From Burkholderiales bacterium (GTDB taxonomy: Bacteria; Pseudomonadota; Gammaproteobacteria; Burkholderiales; SG8-41), in assembly GCA_022843705.1 (NCBI GenBank), contig JALHND010000004.1, forward strand, positions 1 to 57,329: a stretch of 57,329 nucleotides of DNA. The letters are read 5' to 3'. The notes below the pieces were generated by a model. It saw nothing but the letters and a program-made list of their open reading frames with translations. It searched no databases and was not told the origin of the DNA. Below, piece by piece: positions 41,241 through 50,282 of the stretch; the stretch's first letter is position 1; each line of letters starts with the position of its first letter. The translations under genes and the position numbers were made by a program.

Positions 41241-42388
41241 GCGACTGGAACGCGCTGAGCGACGAGGATTTCCGCAAGGAGGTCCGCGCCTTTTTCGAGA
41301 ACGAATTTCCGGAAGAATACAAATTCCTGCCGCGGCGCATGCGCTGGCATGAATGCCGCGACTGGTACCTGAAGCTGTCGAAAAAAGGCTGGATCGCGCC
41401 GAACTGGCCGCGCGAACACGGCGGCATGGGCCTGACGCCGGCGAAGCTGCTGATCTATTACGAGGAAACCGAACGCGCCGGCGTCGGCCGCATGCCCGAC
41501 CAGGGACTGACCATGGTCGGGCCGACGCTGATCCGTTTCGGCAACGATGCCCAGCGCGCGTACTTCCTGCCCAAAATCATCGCCGGCGAGGCGATCTGGT
41601 GCCAGGGGTACTCCGAGCCGAATGCCGGTTCCGACCTCGCCAGCCTGCGCACCGAGGCGGTGCCCGACGGGGACGATTACGTCATCAACGGCAGCAAGAT
41701 CTGGACCTCGATGGCGCATGACGCGACGCACATCTACGTGCTGGCGCGCACCGACAAGGCAGCGAAGAAAAAACAGGAGGGCATCAGCTTTTTCCTGGTC
41801 GACATGAAGACGCCGGGCATCACGCTGCGCACCATCCGCAACATCGCCGGGCACGAGGAGTTCTGCCAGGTATTTTTCGACAACGTGCGCACGCCGAAAC
41901 ACAATCTCGTCGGCGAACTGCACAAGGGCTGGACCATTGCCAAGGGACTGCTCGGTTTCGAGCGCCTGAACATCGGCAGCCCGCGGCGGCCGCTGCAGGC
42001 GATGGAGAAGCTCGAGACGCTGGCGCAGGCGCGCGGCCTGATGGCCGACCCGGCTTTCGTCGAGCGCCTGACGCAGCTGCAGCTCGACCTCGCCGACCTC
42101 GGTTCGCTTTATCGCCGTTATGTCGACAAGGTGCGCCGCGGCGAGGCGCTGGGCCCCGATGTGTCGATGCTCAAGGTGTGGTCGATGGACACCTACCAGC
42201 GCCTGTCCGAGCTGCTGATCGAGGCTGCCGGCGAATACGGCGCGGTCGAGGGCGAGGTGGCGATCGGCGGGGAAAATGTCGACGTGCTGTCGCCGTTCTA
42301 CAACTCCCGTCCCGGCACGATCTACGGCGGCTCCAACGAGATCCAGCGCAACATCCTCGCCAAATATGTGCTGAACCTGCCGTCCTGA
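41237..42388 (+). CDS. Acyl-CoA dehydrogenase-family protein
   Basis: WCQGYSEPNAGSDLASL ... INGSKIWTSMAH ... ISFFLVDM ... IYGGSNEIQRNILAKYVL are ACAD signatures. Confidence 0.85.
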   Translation: MSDWNALSDEDFRKEVRAFFENEFPEEYKFLPRRMRWHECRDWYLKLSKKGWIAPNWPREHGGMGLTPAKLLIYYEETERAGVGRMPDQGLTMVGPTLIRFGNDAQRAYFLPKIIAGEAIWCQGYSEPNAGSDLASLRTEAVPDGDDYVINGSKIWTSMAHDATHIYVLARTDKAAKKKQEGISFFLVDMKTPGITLRTIRNIAGHEEFCQVFFDNVRTPKHNLVGELHKGWTIAKGLLGFERLNIGSPRRPLQAMEKLETLAQARGLMADPAFVERLTQLQLDLADLGSLYRRYVDKVRRGEALGPDVSMLKVWSMDTYQRLSELLIEAAGEYGAVEGEVAIGGENVDVLSPFYNSRPGTIYGGSNEIQRNILAKYVLNLPS

Positions 42389-42466
42389 GCGCTTATCCCG
42401 CTTTAAAATCCGCGGTACTGCGCAGCAAGACAGCGCAGTTGCCGAAATGACAATGCTGGAGCTCCC

Positions 42467-42847
42467 ATGACAAGACAGCCGGTACACACGAAAGCCGCAC
42501 CGCAGGCCATCGGCACCTATTCCCAGGCCGTGCGCTGCGGCGACACCATTTATCTTTCGGGCCAGATCGGCCTCGATCCGGTGACGATGCAGATGGTCGA
42601 GGGCATCGACGCGCAGATCCGCCGCGTGTTCGACAACCTGAAGGCGGTCGCGGCCGCCGCCGGTGGCAGCCTCGACGACTGCGTCAAGGTGAATGTGTAC
42701 CTCACTGATCTTGGCCATTTCGCGAAGGTCAACGAAATCATGGCGACGTACTTCCGCGAGCCCTATCCGGCGCGCGCCGCGATTGGTGTCGCCAGCCTGC
42801 CGCGCAACGCGCTGGTCGAAGTCGATGCCGTGATGCACCTCGGCTGA
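42467..42847 (+). CDS. ridA: RidA-family reactive-intermediate (enamine/imine) deaminase
   Basis: [12 protein letters not shown] ... [11 protein letters not shown] ... [10 protein letters not shown] ... [22 protein letters not shown] are YjgF/RidA signatures. A GGAG Shine-Dalgarno is present. Confidence 0.9.
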   Translation: MTRQPVHTKAAPQAIGTYSQAVRCGDTIYLSGQIGLDPVTMQMVEGIDAQIRRVFDNLKAVAAAAGGSLDDCVKVNVYLTDLGHFAKVNEIMATYFREPYPARAAIGVASLPRNALVEVDAVMHLG

Positions 42848-42859
42848 GGATGCGCCGGC

Positions 42860-44962
42860 GTGGCGGCTGAGGGACGCAGACCCGCGGCACCTCCGCGCCG
42901 TCCGGCCGCCGCCGCGAAGCCGGCGCTGCCCGGCATCGGCGGCGCCACCGCCGACAAGCTGGCGAAACTCGGCATCCGCCGCCGTTTCGACCTGGTGCTG
43001 CACCTGCCGCTGCGTTACGACGACGAAACGCGGCTCTGTCCCCTCGGTGAGGCATTGCCCGGCGCCGAGCTGCTGGTGCAGGGCGAGGTCATCGACTGCG
43101 ACATCAAGTACCGGCCCCGGCGCCAGCTGGTCTGCCGCATCAGCGACGGCAGTGGCGAACTGACGCTGCGTTTCCTCAATTTCTACGGCAGCCAGGTGAA
43201 GACGCTGGCGGTCGGCAACCATGTGCGTGTTTATGGCGTCCTGCGCATCGGCCATTTCGGGCCGGAGATGGTGCATCCGCGTTATCGCGTGATGGACCCC
43301 GGCGCGGCAGTGGCACAGGCGCTGACGCCGGTGTATCCGACCACCGCGGGCCTGGGCCAGGACAGCCTGCGGCGGATGATCGCGCGCGCGCTCGCCGACG
43401 AGCCGCTGGGCGAAACGTTGCCGCAGGCGCTGCTCGACGGACTCGGCCTGCCGGGTTTCGAATCCGCGGTGCGCCTGCTGCACAACCCGCCGCCCGATGT
43501 CGCGCAGGCTGCGCTGCAGGGGCGCGTGCATCCGGCCTGGCGGCGCATGAAATTCGACGAGCTGCTGGCGCAGCAGCTGTCGATGCGGGTGCATTACCGG
43601 CGGCGACGCGCGGCCGGTGCGCCGGTTCTTGCCGTGCGCGGGCAACTGGTCGATGCGCTGTTGAAGCGCCTGCCGTTCCGGCTGACCCGCGCGCAGAACA
43701 CGGTGCTGGCACAGATCCGCGACGACCTCGGCCAGGCGCATCCGATGCAGCGCCTGCTGCAGGGCGATGTCGGCAGCGGCAAGACCGTGGTTGCCGCGCT
43801 CGCGGCGCTGCAATGCGTCGAAAACGGTTATCAGGCGGCGGTGATGGCGCCCACCGAAATCCTTGCCGAGCAGCATTACCGCAAGTTTGCCGACTGGCTG
43901 GAGCCGCTCGGTATCCGTGTCGCCTGGCTGTCCGGTGGAATAAAAAATAGTGTTAAAAAACAAGAACTTATAAATGTATCCGGAGGGGAGGCGCAGGTTG
44001 TCGTCGGCACCCATGCCCTGTTCGAAGACGCCGTGGTGTTCAAGCGGCTGGGGCTGGCGATCATCGACGAGCAGCACCGGTTCGGCGTGCACCAGCGGCT
44101 TGCATTGCGCCAGAAGGGCACGCAGTCGACGAAAGGGCTGCAGCCGCACCAGTTGATGATGAGTGCGACGCCGATCCCGCGCACGCTGGCGATGAGTTAT
44201 TACGCCGATCTCGACGTGTCGGTGATCGACGAGTTGCCGCCCGGACGCACGCCGGTGGCGACGCGGCTGGTGTCCGAGGAGCGCCGCGACGAAGTGATCC
44301 AGCGCGTGCGCGACGCCTGCATCGCCGGGCGCCAGGCCTACTGGGTCTGCCCGCTGATCGAGGAGTCCGAAAAGCTGCAGCTGCAGACCGCGCTCGACAC
44401 CCATGCCCATCTGCAGCAGACCTTTCCCGAATTGCGTGTAGGCCTGGTGCACGGCCGCATGAAGGTCGCAGAAAAACAGGCGGTGATGGCCTCGTTCAAG
44501 GCGGGCGATGTGCAACTGCTGGTGGCGACCACGGTGATCGAGGTCGGCGTCGACGTGCCCAATGCCTCGCTGATGGTGATCGAGCACGCTGAACGCATGG
44601 GATTGTCGCAGTTGCACCAGTTGCGCGGCCGTGTCGGGCGTGGCGCCGCCGAGAGCACCTGCGTGCTGCTCTACCAGGCGCCGCTGTCGCCGCTGGCGAA
44701 GGAGCGGCTGAAGGTGATTTATGAACAGACCGACGGTTTCGAGATCGCGCGCCAGGACCTGAACCTTCGCGGTCCCGGCGAGCTGCTCGGCGCGAGGCAG
44801 AGCGGGGTGCCGATGCTGCGTTTCGCCGATCTTGCGGTCGACCTCGATCTGCTCGACGCGGCGCGTGATGCGGCGGAGCATTTGCTGCGCGAACAGCCGG
44901 ATTCGGCGAAAGCGCATCTCGCGCGCTGGCTCGGCGGGCGCAACGAATACCTGAAGGTGTGA
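42860..44962 (+). CDS. recG: ATP-dependent DNA helicase RecG
   Basis: The wedge domain (LHLPLRYDDET) is followed by helicase motifs (LLQGDVGSGKT, IIDEQHRFGV, MSATPIPRTL, VIEVGVDVPNA, QLHQLRGRVGRG). Colinear with E. coli RecG. The GTG start is uncertain. Confidence 0.92.
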   Translation: MAAEGRRPAAPPRRPAAAAKPALPGIGGATADKLAKLGIRRRFDLVLHLPLRYDDETRLCPLGEALPGAELLVQGEVIDCDIKYRPRRQLVCRISDGSGELTLRFLNFYGSQVKTLAVGNHVRVYGVLRIGHFGPEMVHPRYRVMDPGAAVAQALTPVYPTTAGLGQDSLRRMIARALADEPLGETLPQALLDGLGLPGFESAVRLLHNPPPDVAQAALQGRVHPAWRRMKFDELLAQQLSMRVHYRRRRAAGAPVLAVRGQLVDALLKRLPFRLTRAQNTVLAQIRDDLGQAHPMQRLLQGDVGSGKTVVAALAALQCVENGYQAAVMAPTEILAEQHYRKFADWLEPLGIRVAWLSGGIKNSVKKQELINVSGGEAQVVVGTHALFEDAVVFKRLGLAIIDEQHRFGVHQRLALRQKGTQSTKGLQPHQLMMSATPIPRTLAMSYYADLDVSVIDELPPGRTPVATRLVSEERRDEVIQRVRDACIAGRQAYWVCPLIEESEKLQLQTALDTHAHLQQTFPELRVGLVHGRMKVAEKQAVMASFKAGDVQLLVATTVIEVGVDVPNASLMVIEHAERMGLSQLHQLRGRVGRGAAESTCVLLYQAPLSPLAKERLKVIYEQTDGFEIARQDLNLRGPGELLGARQSGVPMLRFADLAVDLDLLDAARDAAEHLLREQPDSAKAHLARWLGGRNEYLKV
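43938..43980 (+). repeat. AT-rich module copy inside the recG coding sequence
   Basis: GAATAAAAAATAGTGTTAAAAAACAAGAACTTATAAATGTATC covers recG codons 360-374 (GIKNSVKKQELINVS), which use rare A/T-ending codons including two ATA. Confidence 0.6.
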
Positions 44963-44975
44963 TGCAGGCGGTCCG

Positions 44976-45557
44976 GTGCCGTGGAATGAAGATGCGATAA
45001 TCAGCCATTCAGACATTTCCGCCGTGAATTCCATTCCCCGAGATTTCCTGTGGTGCGCCGCGCCGGTCGCCGCCGGCCGGCTGCGCCGCTGGCTGACCGA
45101 CCGCGGTTCGCTGACGGCGCGGCTGCAGGGGCATGCCGGCAGCATCACCGTGAAGGTGCTGTTCCAGGGGCGCCGCCGGCCCAATGCCGACGAGGTTTTC
45201 CTGTTCGCGGGCCGGACATCGCAGGTCATCGTGCGCGAGGTGCTGCTGCTGCGCGGCGCGACGCCGCTGGTGTTCGCGCATACGGTGTTCGATGCCGCGT
45301 CGCTGCGCGGCGCCTGGCGCGGGGTGTCGGTGCTGGGCAACCGGCCGCTGGGCGCGGCGCTGTTCGCCGACCCGCGCATCGCGCGGTTTCCGCTGCGCCA
45401 GAAAAAACTCGGCAGCGGCCATCCGCTGTACCGCCGTGCCGCGGCGCGGTTGAAGCGTCCGCCGTCCGCGCTGTGGGCGCGGCGCTCGATATTTGCCGCG
45501 GGCAAATCGCCTATACTGGTCAGCGAAGTATTCCTGCCCGCGGTACTCGATCTGTGA
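44976..45557 (+). CDS. ubiC: Chorismate pyruvate-lyase
   Basis: WLTDRGSLTARL ... REVLL ... PLVFAHTV ... LGAALFADP. The position directly before ubiA and the overlap with it support the call. The GTG start is uncertain. Confidence 0.7.
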   Translation: MPWNEDAIISHSDISAVNSIPRDFLWCAAPVAAGRLRRWLTDRGSLTARLQGHAGSITVKVLFQGRRRPNADEVFLFAGRTSQVIVREVLLLRGATPLVFAHTVFDAASLRGAWRGVSVLGNRPLGAALFADPRIARFPLRQKKLGSGHPLYRRAAARLKRPPSALWARRSIFAAGKSPILVSEVFLPAVLDL

Positions 45558-46438
45558 CCCTGACGCTCAAGCAGCGACTGAACGCCTACGAGCAGCTGAT
45601 GCGGCTCGACAAGCCCATCGGCATCCTGCTGCTGCTGTGGCCGACGCTGTGGGGGCTGTGGTTCGCCGCCGGCGGCCTGCCGCAGCCCGACATCCTGCTG
45701 ATCTTTGTCACCGGCACCGTGCTGATGCGTTCGGCCGGTTGCGTGATCAACGATTACGCCGACCGCCACTTCGATCCGCATGTCGAGCGCACCCGCAACC
45801 GGCCGCTGGCCGCCGGCGTGATTGCGCCGAACGAGGCGCTGGCGCTGGCCGGTGTGCTGCTGCTGCTGGCTTTCGTGCTGGTGCTGCTGCTCAATCCGCT
45901 GACCCTCAAACTCGCATTCGCCGCGGCAGCGATCGCGGTGATTTATCCCTTCGTCAAGCGCGTATTTCCGCTGCCCCAGGCCTGGCTCGGGGTGGCTTTC
46001 GGTTTCGGCATCCCGATGGCCTATGCCGCGGAATGGAATGCCCTGCCGAAGGTGGCCTGGCTGCTGCTGCTGGCAACGATGTTCTGGGCGATCGCCTACG
46101 ACACCGCCTACGCGATGGTCGATCGCGACGATGACCGCAGGATCGGCGTCAAGTCCTCGGCGATCCTGTTCGGCCGTCATGACGTGTCGGCGGTGATGGC
46201 CTGCCATGCGGCCTTCCTCGGCCTGATGGCCTGGATCGGCTGGTGGCAGATGCGCGACATCCTCTATTTCTGCGGGCTGGTGATTGCCGCGGGACTGGTG
46301 ATCCATCAGTACGGCCTCATCCGCACCCGGACGCGCGAAGGCTGTTTCAAGGCCTTTCTGCACAACAACTGGGTGGGCTGCGCGATTTTCATCGGACTTG
46401 CCGCCGACCTCGCGTTGAACCTGCGGGTGCTGCGATGA
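45554..46438 (+). CDS. ubiA: 4-hydroxybenzoate polyprenyltransferase
   Basis: [20 protein letters not shown] ... [21 protein letters not shown] ... [13 protein letters not shown] are UbiA prenyltransferase Asp-rich motifs. GTG 45554 overlaps the ubiC stop. Confidence 0.9.
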   Translation: MTLTLKQRLNAYEQLMRLDKPIGILLLLWPTLWGLWFAAGGLPQPDILLIFVTGTVLMRSAGCVINDYADRHFDPHVERTRNRPLAAGVIAPNEALALAGVLLLLAFVLVLLLNPLTLKLAFAAAAIAVIYPFVKRVFPLPQAWLGVAFGFGIPMAYAAEWNALPKVAWLLLLATMFWAIAYDTAYAMVDRDDDRRIGVKSSAILFGRHDVSAVMACHAAFLGLMAWIGWWQMRDILYFCGLVIAAGLVIHQYGLIRTRTREGCFKAFLHNNWVGCAIFIGLAADLALNLRVLR

Positions 46439-47898
46439 GTTACCGCGACCTGCGCGATTTCATCACCGGCCTTGAACGCGACGGCGATCTGAAACGCATC
46501 GGCGTCGAGGTCGATCCGAAACTGGAAATGACCGAGATCTGCGACCGCGTGCTGAAGGCCGGCGGCCCGGCCCTGCTGTTCGAAAAACCGAAGGGCCACG
46601 GAATGCCGGTACTCGGCAACCTGTTCGGCACGCCGCAACGCGTCGCGCGCGGCATGGGCCGCGATTCGGTGGCCGCGCTGCGTGAACTGGGCCAGCTGCT
46701 GGCGCAGCTGAAGGAGCCCGAGCCGCCGAAAGGCCTGAAGGATGCCTGGGACAAGCTGCCGCTGCTGCGGCAGGTGTTGTCGATGTCACCGAAACTTGTG
46801 CGTGCTCCCGTCTGCCAGGACGTCCTGTGGGAGGGCAAAGACGTCGATCTTGCGCGCCTGCCGGTGCAAACCTGCTGGCCCGGCGATGCCGGACCGCTGG
46901 TCACCTGGGGCCTGACGGTGACGCGCGGTCCCAACAAGACGCGGCAGAACCTCGGCATCTACCGCCAGCAGGTGATCGGCCGCAACAAACTGATCATGCG
47001 CTGGCTCGCGCATCGCGGCGGCGCACTCGATTACCGCGACCATTGCCTGGCCCATCCGCGCGAACCCTTCCCGGTGGCGGTGGCGCTGGGCGCCGATCCG
47101 GCAACCATGCTCGGTGCGGTGACGCCGGTGCCGGATGCACTGTCCGAGTACCAGTTTGCCGGGCTGTTGCGCGGGGAAAAAACCGAAATCGCCCGCTGCA
47201 TCGGCCACGACCTGCAGGTGCCGGCGCGCGCCGAGATCGTGCTCGAAGGCCACATTCATCCCGGCGAAACGGCTGTCGAGGGGCCCTTCGGCGACCACAC
47301 CGGTTATTACAACGAGCAGGAGAAGTTTCCGGTGTTCACCGTAGATCGCATCACGCTGCGCCGCGATGCGATCTATCACTCGACCTATACCGGCAAACCG
47401 CCGGACGAGCCGGCGGTGCTGGGTGAGGCGTTGAACGAAGTTTTCGTGCCGCTGCTGGTGAAGCAGTTTCCGGAGATTGTCGATTTCCACCTGCCACCCG
47501 AGGGCTGCTCCTACCGCATCGCCTGCGTCAGCATCAGGAAACAGTATCCGGGCCATGCCAAACGCGTGATGTTCGGCATCTGGAGTTTTCTGCGCCAGTT
47601 CATGTACACCAAGTTCATCATCGTCACCGATGACGACGTCAATGTGCGCGACTGGAAAGAGGTCATTTGGGCGCTGACCACGCGTGTTGATCCCAAACGC
47701 GACACGCTGATTGCCGACGCGACGCCGATCGACAGCCTCGACTTCGCCAGCCCCGTTGCGGGACTCGGTTCGAAGATGGGCATCGACGCCACCAACAAAT
47801 GGCCGGCGGAAACGAACCGCGAGTGGGGCACGCCGATCGCGATGAGTGACGAGGTGAAGAAACGCGTCGATGCGCTGTGGTCGACGCTGGGGCTGTAA
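46435..47898 (+). CDS. ubiD: UbiD-family decarboxylase (3-polyprenyl-4-hydroxybenzoate carboxy-lyase)
   Basis: [22 protein letters not shown] ... [11 protein letters not shown] ... NLGIYRQQ ... [10 protein letters not shown] ... [12 protein letters not shown]. The ATG overlaps the ubiA stop (ATGA). Confidence 0.92.
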   Translation: MSYRDLRDFITGLERDGDLKRIGVEVDPKLEMTEICDRVLKAGGPALLFEKPKGHGMPVLGNLFGTPQRVARGMGRDSVAALRELGQLLAQLKEPEPPKGLKDAWDKLPLLRQVLSMSPKLVRAPVCQDVLWEGKDVDLARLPVQTCWPGDAGPLVTWGLTVTRGPNKTRQNLGIYRQQVIGRNKLIMRWLAHRGGALDYRDHCLAHPREPFPVAVALGADPATMLGAVTPVPDALSEYQFAGLLRGEKTEIARCIGHDLQVPARAEIVLEGHIHPGETAVEGPFGDHTGYYNEQEKFPVFTVDRITLRRDAIYHSTYTGKPPDEPAVLGEALNEVFVPLLVKQFPEIVDFHLPPEGCSYRIACVSIRKQYPGHAKRVMFGIWSFLRQFMYTKFIIVTDDDVNVRDWKEVIWALTTRVDPKRDTLIADATPIDSLDFASPVAGLGSKMGIDATNKWPAETNREWGTPIAMSDEVKKRVDALWSTLGL

Positions 47899-47905
47899 GG
47901 CGCCC

Positions 47906-47945
47906 AATCAAATAATCATGAATATCTGCTTTTATTGATTTTCAA
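47906..47945 (-). repeat. Diverged AT-rich module copy (between ubiD and the membrane-protein gene)
   Basis: The reverse complement reads TTGAAAATCAATAAAAGCAGATATTCATGATTATTTGATT. Confidence 0.45.
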
Positions 47946-48004
47946 GCGGCCGGTAAATCAAGAGCCGCTGCAGATTCTCCATCACCGAAAACCGAAAGCC
48001 CTGC

Positions 48005-48793
48005 TTGAATACCGTCCTGTTGCTGAAGCTGGTGCTGGTGCCTGCGCTGATCGCGGGTGTGACCCTTGCCGGCCGGCGCTGGGGGCCGGCAGTGGCGGGC
48101 TGGCTGTCGGCCTTCCCGATCGTCGCGGGGCCGATCCTCTGGTTCATCGCTCTGGAGCAGGGCGTGGCTTTCGCCGCGCAGGCGGCGGTGGGGACGCTGT
48201 CGGCAGTGCTGGGCATGCTCGCCTTCGGCTTGAGTTACGCCTGGGCGGCGACACGGTTTTCCTGGCCGCTGAGCCTGCCGCTGGCCTATCTCGGTTATGC
48301 CTTCGCCGTCGTGCTGCTGGAATGGTGGAATGCCACCTTGCCTGCGGCCGCGGTGGGTGTGCTGCTCGGACTGTGGATCGCGCCGCGTTTTTATCCCCGC
48401 CTGAATGCAGCCGCTGCGTCTGCGGCGAAGCCGCCGCGCGACATGCTGCTGCGGATGATGCTCGGTGCCCTGCTGGTGCTGGGGGTGACTTATTCCGCCG
48501 CGCAGCTGGGGCCGTCGCTGAGCGGCATTCTCGCGATGTTTCCGGTGATGGGCACGGTGCTGGTGCTGTTCACCCATCGCAGCGCCGGTGCCGCGGCGAC
48601 CGTGCAGCTGCTGCGCGGCATGGTGCTCGGTTTTTATGCCTTCAGCACTTTTTGTGCAGTGCTGGCCTGGGCACTGGCGGATAACGGTATTGGCATGGCT
48701 TTCCTGTGGGCGCTGGCCGCCGCCGGTCTGGTGCAACTGCTGTCGCGGCTGTGGATGACCCGCCACGGCCTCGCGGTTGTGAGGCGTTCCTAG
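48005..48793 (+). CDS. Hypothetical polytopic inner-membrane protein
   Basis: 262 aa, about 8 hydrophobic segments, G/C-ending codons. The TTG start is uncertain. No family is recognised. Its TAG stop shares the palindrome CTAG with the dacB stop on the other strand. Confidence 0.6.
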   Translation: MNTVLLLKLVLVPALIAGVTLAGRRWGPAVAGWLSAFPIVAGPILWFIALEQGVAFAAQAAVGTLSAVLGMLAFGLSYAWAATRFSWPLSLPLAYLGYAFAVVLLEWWNATLPAAAVGVLLGLWIAPRFYPRLNAAAASAAKPPRDMLLRMMLGALLVLGVTYSAAQLGPSLSGILAMFPVMGTVLVLFTHRSAGAAATVQLLRGMVLGFYAFSTFCAVLAWALADNGIGMAFLWALAAAGLVQLLSRLWMTRHGLAVVRRS

Positions 48794-50262
48794 CCTGCGA
48801 CCGGTTTCCGGCCCTGCCGCCGCCGCTCCTGGCGTCCGCAGCAGCTGTCGCGGTTGTGCACCCACTGCAGCAGGGCATCCATCGCCGCCTGCGCGTTCGC
48901 TGCGTTGGCATGGTTGACCATGAACACCACCACCGAGCGGTTGCCCTGCGCATCAAGCACGTAACCGGCGATCGAACGCACGCCTGACAGCGAGCCGGTC
49001 TTGATATGGGCCTGGCCGGCGATTTCCGCGCTTTTAAGGCGGCGGCGCATGGTGCCGTCGACGGCGGCCACCGGCAGCGAGGCCATCAGCTCCGGCATCA
49101 CCGGGCTGGCCCAGGCATTGAGCAGCACCGTGCCGAGATTGCGCGCGCTGATGCGTTCGATGCGCGACAGACCGGAGCCGTTTTCCAGCACCAGTTCGGG
49201 GAAGGACAGGCCTTTCAGCGCCAGCCATTGTTTGACCGCGTTGCCCGCGGCGGCGGTGCTGGCGCCGGCATCGTTGAAGCCCAGGGCCATGAACAGCTGC
49301 CGCGACATCACGTTGTTGGAGTACTTGTTGACGTCGCGCACGATCTCGGACAGCGACGGCGACCTGTTCACGGCCAGCGCGCGTGCGCCGGGCGGCACCA
49401 CGCCATCGCGCACCTGGCCGCTGAAACTGCCGCCGAGTTCGCGCCACAAAAGGGCGAACAGCGCGCCGACGTACTGGCGGTGGCCGAGCACGCTGAAGCT
49501 GCGCAGGCGTTCGCCGCAGTCGAGGGTGTAGCTGCCGGAGAAGGCGAGGCGCGCCGAATCGGCGTTGCCCTGGGCATCGATTTTCATCCGGCCCAGCCAG
49601 TCGCCGCAGGTACCGTCGACCACTTTCAGGTTGTTGGTGATCTGCAGCTGCGGCAAGGGCGGTTCGGCGATGATGCGCACCGTGCGCGTCGCCGCGTCCG
49701 GGATGAACTGCAGCGTGACGGCCTTGAAGTTGACCAGCAGCGCGTTCGGCGCGGTGTTGTAGGGGCGGGTCGGCTGGTCGTCGAACTGGCCGGGATCCGG
49801 CGCCTCGTCGGCAAACAGCCGGCGGTCGAGCACCAGGTCGCCGCGGATCTCGCGCAGGCCAAGAGCGCGCAGCTTGCGCAGCAGCAGCCAGAAATTTTCC
49901 AGCGTCAGCTTCGGATCGCCTGCGCCACGCAGGTAGAGGTTGCCGTTGAGTACATCCTGTACGGGCAGCCCGTCGGCGAGCGCCTCGGTGTTCCAGGTAT
50001 ACGCCGGCCCGAGCAGTTCCAGCCCGGCATAGGTGGTGACGATTTTCATGCTCGACGCCGGATTGAGCGATCGTTCGGCGCCGACGGCGAGCACCGGCTC
50101 GCCGCCGATCTCGTGCACATAGACGCCGACCGCCGCTTCGGGGATGCCGGCCCGCGCCAGCGCCTGGGCGACCGGTTCGGGCAGTGTCGCGGCGGGTTGC
50201 GCGCCGGCGGAAACGCCGGCCAGCGCGAGTATCAGGATGACGAGAAAGCGGGGAAGGCGCAT
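48790..50262 (-). CDS. dacB: D-alanyl-D-alanine carboxypeptidase/endopeptidase (PBP4 family)
   Basis: The signal peptide MRLPRFLVILILALAGVSAGA is followed by the active-site SxxK (ASSMKIVT), YSNN (the SxN box) and KTGS (the KTG box). The start is set at ATG 50262. Confidence 0.88.
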   Translation of the reverse strand: MRLPRFLVILILALAGVSAGAQPAATLPEPVAQALARAGIPEAAVGVYVHEIGGEPVLAVGAERSLNPASSMKIVTTYAGLELLGPAYTWNTEALADGLPVQDVLNGNLYLRGAGDPKLTLENFWLLLRKLRALGLREIRGDLVLDRRLFADEAPDPGQFDDQPTRPYNTAPNALLVNFKAVTLQFIPDAATRTVRIIAEPPLPQLQITNNLKVVDGTCGDWLGRMKIDAQGNADSARLAFSGSYTLDCGERLRSFSVLGHRQYVGALFALLWRELGGSFSGQVRDGVVPPGARALAVNRSPSLSEIVRDVNKYSNNVMSRQLFMALGFNDAGASTAAAGNAVKQWLALKGLSFPELVLENGSGLSRIERISARNLGTVLLNAWASPVMPELMASLPVAAVDGTMRRRLKSAEIAGQAHIKTGSLSGVRSIAGYVLDAQGNRSVVVFMVNHANAANAQAAMDALLQWVHNRDSCCGRQERRRQGRKPVAG

Positions 50263-50282
50263 GGGGGAGGGGTGAATGAGGT

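Noticed and set aside
41198-46363. 1721-aa stop-free ORF on the minus strand spanning the second ACAD gene, ridA, recG, ubiC and ubiA
   Set aside because: It lies antisense to five well-supported genes and crosses their intergenic gaps. The translation is Arg/His/Gln/Gly/Asp-rich low-complexity sequence with no recognisable motifs. This is the typical shadow ORF created by G/C-ending codons on the opposite strand.
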